Positions 17,035-24,264 of a stretch of DNA of 32,000 bases are shown here, piece after piece. The notes under the pieces were generated by a model. It had not been told where the DNA came from and made no database searches. It saw only the letters and a list, made by a program, of their open reading frames with translations. Made by a program: the position numbers and the translations under genes. Location: NCBI GenBank assembly GCA_015522695.1, contig WALT01000022.1, positions 17,503-49,502 of the forward strand, written 5' to 3'. Source of the stretch: Nitrososphaerota archaeon. Its GTDB lineage: Archaea > Thermoproteota > Nitrososphaeria > Conexivisphaerales > Conexivisphaeraceae. Every line of letters begins with the position of its first letter. Position 1 is the first letter of the stretch.

Positions 17035-17571
17035 TCATATCTCCTCTACGTCCATGATCCTATCCTTGACGAATTCCCTGAGGGCATCGATCTCCATCAA
17101 ACCGCTGAACTCCCTTTCCAGTATCCTCAAGTACATCTCGACCTCCTCATCGGCCATGAATTGGAAGATATATCTACCTCGATAGGGCCTGGGTGATCCT
17201 TCCCTCCTGAGTAGCTCGAGATGCATGAAGGGCTCTCCCTTCTTGATCGTGAGCATCCTGCGTTCGTTATTGAGGTTAACGACCTCCAAGGCCAGCCTGC
17301 CGATGAACCCGCTGTGAACCTTTGCGGCGTTCAGGAATGAGAGCCCAAGCCTCCCGAATCTGCTCTTAGCCGTTAGGTGGGCGACGAATCCCGGCGGAAC
17401 GAAAACGATCTCGTTGGAGATCAGGTTCCTGTGTTCGAGATATCTTATCTCTACATCGTCCCTTACCGTGAGTACATAGCTATCACCGTCCACGAGCTTG
17501 GGATTGAAGGGATGTATGATGTTGTATCGTTCATTGAGCTTCAGAAGCTCATCATATCCTAGAACGCACAA
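17035..17571 (-). CDS. dcd: dCTP deaminase / dUTPase-fold protein
   Basis: 178 aa. KSRFGRLGL, GFIGRLALEVVN and PYRGRY follow the Dcd/DCD-DUT pattern (S..aRlGl, DPGF.G..tLE, Y.G.Y). The usual D-P before GF reads H-S. Confidence 0.7.
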   Translation of the reverse strand: MCVLGYDELLKLNERYNIIHPFNPKLVDGDSYVLTVRDDVEIRYLEHRNLISNEIVFVPPGFVAHLTAKSRFGRLGLSFLNAAKVHSGFIGRLALEVVNLNNERRMLTIKKGEPFMHLELLRREGSPRPYRGRYIFQFMADEEVEMYLRILEREFSGLMEIDALREFVKDRIMDVEEI

Positions 17572-17623
17572 TTCCTACCCTCAAGCTCGGCACATGAGTT
17601 GCTTTAAATGTAGCCATAAACTT

Positions 17624-18637
17624 CTACTCCTTCGGTGAAAGCAGTTTAAGGACGCTGAAGGTCACGATGAGGATGCTCTGCAATGTGATCAATATCACGA
17701 TGTATTCCTGCGAGTATCCTAAGAGCGTCGTTGCAGAGGCCAAGCTCAATTGGCTCGGTGATGGAAGTCCTCTGATCTTATCGAGGAAGTAGAACGTAGC
17801 ATAGTAGTAGTTGAAGCCCCAATGCACAAGTACCACGGTCGGCAAGCCCAGGAACACGAAGAGGTAGCCTAGACCTAATCCGGCGATCGTGGCGGAGAGC
17901 AACTTTCCCAGGTGCCATACGCTTCCACCGTAAACGATGTGCGCCCAACCGAATATCAGTGCGCTGAACACCACTATTCCGTTGAGCTTTGCCTTTCTCA
18001 CAGGCAACCCTAGTCTTTCGAGGGTGAGCTTAGGATTCCATAGCGCCTTTATACCATATAAACCTCCACCGAGCCTGTAAGCTATCAGCGCCGCTACTAT
18101 ACCTATGATCGTAGCCCTAAACCCCAACTCTTCGGTGAGCGAGGCCTGCAGCAACCCTAGGAACGTAGTGCGAGGATCGACCATCGGGAGCTGTCCGACA
18201 GGCACGCCCCCGAATTCGAGCGCTTTCTCCAAGACGGAGATCAATAGAAAGAGAGGGGGATAGACGATCGATACGGCGAGGATACTGTTATCGAAAAGCG
18301 CTAGGACCCCCTTCTTTCCGATGTCCTTGATGGCCGTTAGGAGGTTATGGGGATATAATAGTGCTATGGCCAATATCGCTGCATGGATGGCCCAGAATGC
18401 CAGGAACAGGGTCGAGTAGCTCACCGGGTACGGTAGCCTTATTTCAAAGAAAACCCCTAATATACTCAAACTCATCTCATGAGGTGTGGTCCATGCCGGA
18501 GATCCTCCGAGCGAGGGGCTGAAGAATATGGCAGCCCCAAGGGGAAACGCCATTAACATCGTGGAGAGTAACAATAAGCTTACGACGAGGATCGCATAAG
18601 CATAGAACATTTGGAGGTTACTTGACTTCCTCTCCAA
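17624..18637 (-). CDS. CPBP-family intramembrane glutamic endopeptidase (CAAX protease/Abi family)
   Basis: 337-aa polytopic protein with EELGFR, FGWAH and HWGFN motifs. Confidence 0.85.
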   Translation of the reverse strand: MERKSSNLQMFYAYAILVVSLLLLSTMLMAFPLGAAIFFSPSLGGSPAWTTPHEMSLSILGVFFEIRLPYPVSYSTLFLAFWAIHAAILAIALLYPHNLLTAIKDIGKKGVLALFDNSILAVSIVYPPLFLLISVLEKALEFGGVPVGQLPMVDPRTTFLGLLQASLTEELGFRATIIGIVAALIAYRLGGGLYGIKALWNPKLTLERLGLPVRKAKLNGIVVFSALIFGWAHIVYGGSVWHLGKLLSATIAGLGLGYLFVFLGLPTVVLVHWGFNYYYATFYFLDKIRGLPSPSQLSLASATTLLGYSQEYIVILITLQSILIVTFSVLKLLSPKE

Positions 18638-18645
18638 CTCGACAT

Positions 18646-18966
18646 CTAGTATATCTCTATACTGTCCTCCTTAAATCCTAGTTCCATTAAATGTCCCTTT
18701 ATTTTATCTCTATGATCCCCTTGTAGCATTATGGTACCGTTCTTAATCGTGCCACCACATGCTAGCCTTTTCTTGAGTTTCTTAGCTATATCACGCATAT
18801 CCAGGTGCTTGCTATCTATACCCTCGATCACCGTAGCCGGCTTTCCAAAACGTTTCATCTCGATTTTAACTATGATCTTTGTCTGCTCCTTCTCTATCTC
18901 CCCGCAGACACATAGATCTTTGGGTAGTCCGCAGACGGGACAGATCTCCTGAGACACTGCTCGCAA
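18646..18966 (-). CDS. translation initiation factor aSUI1 (eIF1 homologue)
   Basis: 106 aa with an N-terminal CPVCG..CVCG knuckle and a SUI1 core (GKPATVIEGI...LACGGTIKNGTIMLQGDHRDKI). Confidence 0.9.
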   Translation of the reverse strand: MRAVSQEICPVCGLPKDLCVCGEIEKEQTKIIVKIEMKRFGKPATVIEGIDSKHLDMRDIAKKLKKRLACGGTIKNGTIMLQGDHRDKIKGHLMELGFKEDSIEIY

Positions 18967-18988
18967 GCCCCTCTTGGCGATGGGCCTC

Positions 18989-18996
18989 TTTTAAAG
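18989..18996. promoter_or_regulatory. TATA-like ttttaaag in the divergent aSUI1 / membrane-protein intergenic region
   Basis: Centred about 27 nt upstream of the minus-strand ATG at 18966, consistent with a leaderless mRNA. Confidence 0.45.
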
Positions 18997-19054
18997 ATAT
19001 TCCCCTTTACCCAAGGCTTAAATCCCCTTTCAACCGATATCATGTAGCGTCCTC

Positions 19055-19624
19055 TTGGTCGGAGAGTTAGTAGCGACTGTGATAGCTGCAGAGGCCGTAT
19101 TTACTGCCGTCGTCGCATGGCTATCCTACGTTGTAAGCAGGAGGATACCGAATAGGGCTCTCAGCCTGCTGTCCCTGGCTTTCTCATTCCTCACGGCGGG
19201 CGAGCTCATCAAGCTCTTCGCCATACTGAGTGGACCGGCTAGGCTTCTGCTGCCTTCAGGTGCGGCTGTGGAGATGGTGGGCTTCTTCCTCCTGGCACTG
19301 TCACATGTATACTCGATCAGACGTGCGGCCTTGGCCATGCTCGCCATTCTACCATATCCCGAGTCCACCGTCTACTCCCTAGCTAAGGGGATCTCCCTGT
19401 ACCTGATCCTCTACGTCGCGGTCGAAACGTCGATCTCCTATATCGAAACCAGATATAAAGAGAGTCTACTCTCATCATCTGGTCTATATCTGCTATTCGC
19501 AGCCCAAGCGATCTCCGCATTCACGACGATAGGGTTGGCCAATCCGATCATAGGTGAGTCCCTCAGCCTGGCCGGTTATGCCCTCCTGGCGATCCCGGGA
19601 ATACTGGCATATTTTGCTGGGTGA
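19055..19624 (+). CDS. hypothetical polytopic membrane protein
   Basis: 189 aa with about six hydrophobic segments. TTG start; an alternative GTG is at 19079. Confidence 0.6.
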   Translation: MVGELVATVIAAEAVFTAVVAWLSYVVSRRIPNRALSLLSLAFSFLTAGELIKLFAILSGPARLLLPSGAAVEMVGFFLLALSHVYSIRRAALAMLAILPYPESTVYSLAKGISLYLILYVAVETSISYIETRYKESLLSSSGLYLLFAAQAISAFTTIGLANPIIGESLSLAGYALLAIPGILAYFAG

Positions 19625-19630
19625 CCTACG

Positions 19631-19918
19631 GTGAGCTCCTATAGAAGCCACATAAGGGTGATCGCTGACATCCTAGGGGTTACTCGGGATAGTAGCATGA
19701 ACGAGGGTTTCGTGAGGGTGTCCGTCCTGTTGAGGAAAGCTAACCTATCGTATTCTAGACTGATGTCGTTCATAAATGAGCTCGTCGACAACGGGCTTCT
19801 AGAGGAAGTCAGCATAGAAAGAGGTAGCGGTTACAGGATAACGGAGCGTGGCATCGATTTTCTCGAGGAGTTCGAGAGGTTCGAGAGGTTCACCAAGGCA
19901 TATGGATTGAAGGTGTGA
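19631..19918 (+). CDS. small winged-helix transcriptional regulator (COG3432-like)
   Basis: 95 aa. The pattern IADIL....G..vs.LLRKANLSY.rL..fi.eLv.nGLLE.......Y.IT.rG..fL is typical of small archaeal wHTH proteins. It starts 7 nt after the membrane-protein gene. Confidence 0.65.
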   Translation: MSSYRSHIRVIADILGVTRDSSMNEGFVRVSVLLRKANLSYSRLMSFINELVDNGLLEEVSIERGSGYRITERGIDFLEEFERFERFTKAYGLKV

Positions 19919-19926
19919 ACTGCCGT

Positions 19927-19950
19927 ATCTGAATCTGAATCTGAATCAGA
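19927..19950. repeat. hexamer tandem repeat ATCTGA x3 plus ATCAGA
   Basis: Read directly from the sequence, 9 nt after the wHTH stop. The last two units form the palindrome TCTGA-A-TCAGA. Confidence 0.9.
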
Positions 19951-20465
19951 GGACGTCCTGGTCGTCAGTATATGTGATGGATCGAAGGAGGATGCCCTCG
20001 AGGGCTGTACATGATCCTGGACAAAGCTTTATACATACACGCTGGATCGTCCATATTTAGATCGTTCCATGCTCCCATTGGAAGCGGACAAGCCCTCATC
20101 ATCCATCGACCATCTGTACGATGTGCCAAGTGATCACGAGGGGATATCGTTCCTATGTCCTGCTCCCTCCATGGATTGTGCCGTCGGTTTCCCAGGAGGG
20201 AGGAGCGGTGGGTATTCGGATAAGGCCAAGGGGATCGTGGACACGCCCCCACATGTAAGATATTGTATCCTACGGTCCACTCCAGCACGATCCACAAGCA
20301 TGGTTGAGGATCCCATCATGGCACGTGTTCCTAACGCCCATATGATCAGGCAGTCTAAACGAGGATTGAGCAAAAAATCTACAATATCGTACAGAGATAT
20401 CGTGGAAAGTATCAATGAATGCGATCATATAAACAATATATTTAAAATTTATAGGGGGACACGAT

Positions 20466-20888
20466 ATGAGCACTAGCCCTTGCCTAAAACATAGATGCAG
20501 CAAGTGCTGCATCGAGACCGAGATGCCCCTGACGAAGAGGGATATCCAGAGGATAGAGAACCTCGGTTTCAAGGAGGAGGACTTCGTCAGATACGTCGAC
20601 GGGATCCCTGTCTTGAAGACAAAGGAGGATGGTAGTTGTGTCTTCTTAGAGGATGGCAAGTGCAAGATCTACAAATACAGGCCGGATGGTTGTCGACTAT
20701 ATCCGCTCGTCTGGGTTAAAGGGATCGAGAGGGCGACGCTGGACCCTCACTGTCCCTATAGATATGAGTTTAGATTCACGCACAAGGACGTCGAAAAGCT
20801 CGCCGAACTCGTGAAGGAGATATATCATCATGAGGGCAGCGGTGTTACGACAAAAATAAGAAAAACAGGTGGTGCCAAGCGAGGTTGA
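20466..20888 (+). CDS. YkgJ-family cysteine-cluster protein (CxxCxxCC zinc/iron-chelating domain)
   Basis: CLKHRCSKCC near the N-terminus and CVFLEDGKCKIYKYRPDGCRLYP downstream. An AT-rich TATA region (atatatttaaaattta) lies about 22 nt upstream of the ATG. Confidence 0.8.
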   Translation: MSTSPCLKHRCSKCCIETEMPLTKRDIQRIENLGFKEEDFVRYVDGIPVLKTKEDGSCVFLEDGKCKIYKYRPDGCRLYPLVWVKGIERATLDPHCPYRYEFRFTHKDVEKLAELVKEIYHHEGSGVTTKIRKTGGAKRG

Positions 20889-21505
20889 TGGAGGAGTATC
20901 CGGAAATAAGACGGGTGGTGGTCCCGGAGTACGTGATAAAGGACGAGGTGGTTCTAGATCCGAGGACAACAGCTCTATTGATAATAGATATGCAGAACGA
21001 CTTCGCGAACCACAAGGGAAAGCTCTTCGTTCCATCCGCTCCAGCGACCGTACCGATGATGAAGGGGCTCATCGAGAGGGCTAGGACAGGCAAGGCGACG
21101 ATAATCTATACCCAAGACTGGCATCGTCCAGATGATCCCGAGTTTAAGTTGTGGGGGGAACATGCCGTAGCTGGGACGTGGGGTGCTGAAATGATCGATG
21201 ACCTGAAACCAGAGGATGGAGATTACATAATCAAAAAGATGACGATCGATCCTTTCTACGGGACATCGTTAGATCACGTATTGAGGTTGCTCGGGACCCA
21301 CACGTTGATAATTACCGGCACTGTAGCTAATATCTGTGTGCTCCATGCAGCGGCTAGTGCTGCTATAAGGGCGTACAACATAGTATATCCGATCGATGTC
21401 GTCTCAGCCCTGAATGAATTCGACTATGAGCTCGCCATAAGACAGATATATTTCGTATATAAGGGGATAATCACTCGAAGCGATAACATAGAGTTCTCGG
21501 CCTGA
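20888..21505 (+). CDS. isochorismatase-family cysteine hydrolase (nicotinamidase-like)
   Basis: LLIIDMQNDF, a conserved Lys region and TGTVANICV with the catalytic Cys. ATG 20888 overlaps the YkgJ stop (TGATG). Confidence 0.85.
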   Translation: MEEYPEIRRVVVPEYVIKDEVVLDPRTTALLIIDMQNDFANHKGKLFVPSAPATVPMMKGLIERARTGKATIIYTQDWHRPDDPEFKLWGEHAVAGTWGAEMIDDLKPEDGDYIIKKMTIDPFYGTSLDHVLRLLGTHTLIITGTVANICVLHAAASAAIRAYNIVYPIDVVSALNEFDYELAIRQIYFVYKGIITRSDNIEFSA

Positions 21506-21552
21506 TCAAGCTAGCTTTATTTACCGGCACACTTAACACTTCATGGTAGAGC

Positions 21553-22026
21553 TTGAGGGCTTCTACAGCGTTGAGGATAACAGGTTGGGTGCTCACGATA
21601 ATAGCCATCCTAGTGATAGGCTCAGTGCTCGTCTCTGGCTTGGGAACCCTCGTCAGCTTCAGGATAAACCAGGAGAACGTGGGGATGGAGCCGGTCTCGA
21701 ACAACACCATAAGTATAGAGATACCTTATTCGACGAAGAACCCTGGTCCTTTCGATATATCCCCACTCACGGTCACATTACAGCTCATGGATAAAAAGGG
21801 AGAACCTCTGTCGCTTCCCTCATCGTACACGGTCAAGATACCGGCCGGCTCGCGTGTGAGCGATGTCATAAAGATCCCTGTCACGCTGAAGAACATGACC
21901 CTGGTGGAGTTCGCCTTGAGATCTGGCGAGCTGAAACCTAGACTACACGTCACGGTGAACGGCATCATCGGCGGCCTCACGAAATTCGATATCAGGGTAA
22001 CGCAGCCATTGTTAGGAGGTGGATGA
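21553..22026 (+). CDS. membrane-anchored LEA_2/NDR1-like beta-sandwich protein
   Basis: N-terminal TM segment, then KNPGPFDIS (compare the NPNxF motif) and alternating beta-strand pattern. TTG start. Confidence 0.5.
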   Translation: MRASTALRITGWVLTIIAILVIGSVLVSGLGTLVSFRINQENVGMEPVSNNTISIEIPYSTKNPGPFDISPLTVTLQLMDKKGEPLSLPSSYTVKIPAGSRVSDVIKIPVTLKNMTLVEFALRSGELKPRLHVTVNGIIGGLTKFDIRVTQPLLGGG

Positions 22027-22508
22027 GGACATTGAGGATAACCGCGAGGAAAATATTGTCGGCCGTCGTCGGAGGCCTCGTGACCATATTGATATTCTAT
22101 ATAATCCCTGACATAATCGTCGGGTACACGAGCATATTCGCCGCAAGCTATGGGATCTCGATACCACACGGGTTATTATCCCAAGTGGAGAGCTTGAAGG
22201 AAATCGGCTGGGGATTTGTGATACTGTCGATAGCACTACCCCTCTTGGGAGGAACGATCGTCGGAGGAGTTGTCGATGCCCTGATGAGTGCATACATAAT
22301 CTATGTGATATATTACTACTTAGGTCTAGTAGGTAGATATAGCATCAGCGCTCAGATACCCGTCAGGATGGCCGGCTCGGCGTTCACGATACCAGTCAGC
22401 TTATCCTTCGAGCTGGGGATCCTCTACTATCTGATAATAGCCCCATTCGCCCTCGGCATCATCAGAGGCATCGTGGAGGTCTTCGAACACCTTTCAGCTA
22501 GAGGATGA
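22023..22508 (+). CDS. hypothetical polytopic membrane protein
   Basis: 161 aa with about four or five hydrophobic segments. Its ATG overlaps the upstream stop (ATGA). Confidence 0.6.
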   Translation: MRTLRITARKILSAVVGGLVTILIFYIIPDIIVGYTSIFAASYGISIPHGLLSQVESLKEIGWGFVILSIALPLLGGTIVGGVVDALMSAYIIYVIYYYLGLVGRYSISAQIPVRMAGSAFTIPVSLSFELGILYYLIIAPFALGIIRGIVEVFEHLSARG

Positions 22509-22714
22509 GGAAATTCCTCGGCGTACCCCCATCGATTGTTCGATCATCGCACATTCCAATGATATGAACGACGAGCAGGCTGTGTCCACGATCCCCGGCA
22601 GTTCCTGACCGTCTAATGAGCACATCAACAAGTTACCCATGAAGGCGGAGATCCCACTTCACGTCATCTTCGACGACTCCGGAAACTTCGAGCAGAAGCC
22701 TTCTCAACATCGCG

Positions 22715-22758
22715 AAATATCGTCCAAACGGAATAGGTGAATAGGTAAAATATCGTCC
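22715..22758. repeat. composite repeat: AAATATCGTCC - AAACG - GAATAGGT GAATAGGT - A - AAATATCGTCC
   Basis: Read directly from the sequence. The 11-mer occurs at 22715-22725 and 22748-22758 and flanks a perfect 8-bp tandem duplication (22731-22746). Confidence 0.85.
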
Positions 22759-22813
22759 GGTGGCGGGACGGAAATGGATAACATCCTGCTATCTCAACGA
22801 TATCTTTCAAATG

Positions 22814-22819
22814 TTTTTT
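22814..22819 (+). terminator. oligo-T (T6) tract
   Basis: An archaeal-type termination signal 40 nt upstream of the tRNA. It could end a transcript coming from the 22023 gene or from the 22509-22813 spacer. Confidence 0.35.
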
Positions 22820-22827
22820 GCGGATAA

Positions 22828-22838
22828 CGCTTATAAGC
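22828..22838 (+). promoter_or_regulatory. TATA box (cgcttataagc) of the tRNA-Thr gene
   Basis: ttataa is centred about 27 nt upstream of tRNA position +1. Confidence 0.6.
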
Positions 22839-22860
22839 TGAAGTAAAAAACTGATTTTGA

Positions 22861-22934
22861 GCCTCGGTAGCTCAGCTGGTCAGAGCGTCGCTCTGGTAAG
22901 GCGAAGGTCGCGGGTTCAAATCCCGCCCGAGGCT
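22861..22934 (+). tRNA. tRNA-Thr (anticodon GGU), no intron, CCA not encoded
   Basis: Manual cloverleaf. Acceptor GCCTCGG/CCGAGGC. D arm GCTC-AGCTGGTCA-GAGC. Anticodon stem TCGCT/GGCGA with loop CTGGTAA. Variable loop AGGTC. T arm GCGGG-TTCAAAT-CCCGC. Discriminator T. Confidence 0.95.
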
Positions 22935-23186
22935 CTAAACCACAAGCATAAGTACACCATAAACTAGCTTATGGGGCGATAGACGTTCATCGCCCGGAAG
23001 CTAAAGGCTTACGAGGACAAAGGGTTTGTAAAACCCGAACTCATCAAGATATTCCAGGACCGATCCACGAAGCAATTTTAATTTTAAATATCAATCTGTC
23101 CATCCGGTCCACGGATAACACGGTCGTTCATCGTTCAAATGGACATAAACTCGTTCCTAGTACCCTTGGATCCTGAGGTCATAACG

Positions 23187-23207
23187 TTTTTATTAAATTA
23201 AAAATAT
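23187..23207 (+). promoter_or_regulatory. 21-nt A/T-only tract (tttttattaaattaaaaatat), probable TATA region of the hydrolase gene
   Basis: Centred about 25 nt upstream of ATG 23222, consistent with a leaderless mRNA. Confidence 0.5.
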
Positions 23208-23221
23208 CGTGAAGATTGGAG

Positions 23222-24235
23222 ATGAGTTCTGCTGCCCTGCCCCGTACCGGAGCCCTGATGGCCATCGTGGCAGTGGTCGTTGGGCTTGCCGTTGGGTTTG
23301 CATTGGGCTATGCTGTTTATGCTCCCAAGGCGGGAATCCTGGAGGCCAAGCTGAGGGGAAACCTGCCCATCGAGACCAGCGAGCACTTCGTGAAGACGCC
23401 TGAAGGCTTGTCCATCTACGTGGAGGGGAAGAGGCCCGTCGGTGTGAAGCCGAAGGCTGCTGTGCTCCTCGTGCACTGGGTTAAGACGAGTCACCTAGTG
23501 TGGGATCCAGGCGTGAAGGAGTATAGCCTCATGGACTACCTGGCTGGCCGGGACCTGGCGGTCTACGCGGTCGACCTAAGAGGCTACGGAAAGAGCAGCA
23601 AGCCTGACGGCACCAGTGTGAGGGGGAAGACCTGCGCTCGGGACCTCAAATCCGTGGTCGAGTTCATCAAGAAGAGGGAGGGCGTCGGCAAGGTGAGCTT
23701 GGTCGGCCTATCCTTCGGCACCGTGGTCGCTGTCTCGTATGCTGGCATATACCCCGAGGACGTGAGCAAACTGGTGCTGCTCAGCTACCCGTACAAGGCC
23801 GTCAATCAGAAGTCCAGACCTATCGTCGAAAAATTGATAAGGTTGGCCAAGTCTGGCACCGGATATATCCCTTGGAGCCCCGCGGAGCCCCTGCTCTACA
23901 TGTATGACCACACCATGATGGCTAAGTTCTCGAAGATGAGCAAGGCTGATACGCCGAAGATCCCTACTGGCCCGTTCTTGGATCTTATTAACTATCCGTC
24001 CAGCAGGTATATCCCTAAGATAAGGACGCCAACCCTGTTCGTGTACGGCGACCACGATCCGTTCTGTGATCCCGCAGATGAGATGGCCGCATTCAGGGAT
24101 CTCGGCGCTGAGAGCAAGGCCATAGTTATCGTGGGCAACGCTTCACATGGCCTTGTGCTCGAGAAGCTTGCACACAAGCAGGTGTACTCGCTGGTATATC
24201 AGTGGGTCGCTCTGGGCGGAGCTGTTGGCGCCTAG
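23222..24235 (+). CDS. membrane-anchored alpha/beta-fold hydrolase
   Basis: N-terminal hydrophobic anchor, nucleophile elbow GLSFG, and late D and H (GDHDPF, NASHG). The ORF opens at TTG 23216. Confidence 0.85.
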   Translation: MSSAALPRTGALMAIVAVVVGLAVGFALGYAVYAPKAGILEAKLRGNLPIETSEHFVKTPEGLSIYVEGKRPVGVKPKAAVLLVHWVKTSHLVWDPGVKEYSLMDYLAGRDLAVYAVDLRGYGKSSKPDGTSVRGKTCARDLKSVVEFIKKREGVGKVSLVGLSFGTVVAVSYAGIYPEDVSKLVLLSYPYKAVNQKSRPIVEKLIRLAKSGTGYIPWSPAEPLLYMYDHTMMAKFSKMSKADTPKIPTGPFLDLINYPSSRYIPKIRTPTLFVYGDHDPFCDPADEMAAFRDLGAESKAIVIVGNASHGLVLEKLAHKQVYSLVYQWVALGGAVGA

Positions 24236-24259
24236 CTCGGCGTCACAACCTCTCCCTCC

Positions 24260-24264
24260 TTTTT
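24260..24264 (+). terminator. oligo-T (T5) tract
   Basis: ccctcctttttcggggg lies 25 nt after the hydrolase stop. Confidence 0.45.

Noticed and set aside
17035-17571. dCTP-deaminase-like gene as a nucleotide-depletion antiviral defence gene
   Set aside because: The known defensive dCTP deaminases, as I recall them, are zinc-dependent cytidine-deaminase-fold proteins fused to kinase/NTPase domains. This is the trimeric dUTPase-fold Dcd type that is housekeeping in archaea, and it sits among core genes (aSUI1, tfb).
20069-20476. 135-aa plus-strand ORF, and the overlapping 110/93/131-aa minus-strand ORFs, in the 19.9-20.5 kb gap
   Set aside because: The ORFs overlap each other. Their composition is K/E-poor and S/P/H-rich, they use CGN Arg codons unlike the neighbouring genes, they carry no motifs, and the plus-strand ORF runs through the TATA region and start of the YkgJ gene.
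22639-22740. 33-aa ORF MKAEIPLHVIFDDSGNF... as an intact small gene (the DESGN-like start is reminiscent of DUF3800 N-termini)
   Set aside because: It is too short and ends inside the repeat structure, with no promoter or SD signal at the right distance. It is treated only as a possible remnant in the island finding.
23222-23340. Possible class III (type IV pilin-like) signal peptide on the alpha/beta hydrolase (PRTG-ALMAIVAVVVGL), which would make it a substrate of the nearby pilus-like module
   Set aside because: The residue before Gly is Thr, not the Lys/Arg required by the usual [KR][GA][ALIFQMVED] cleavage pattern. The segment is explained more simply as an N-terminal membrane anchor or ordinary signal sequence.
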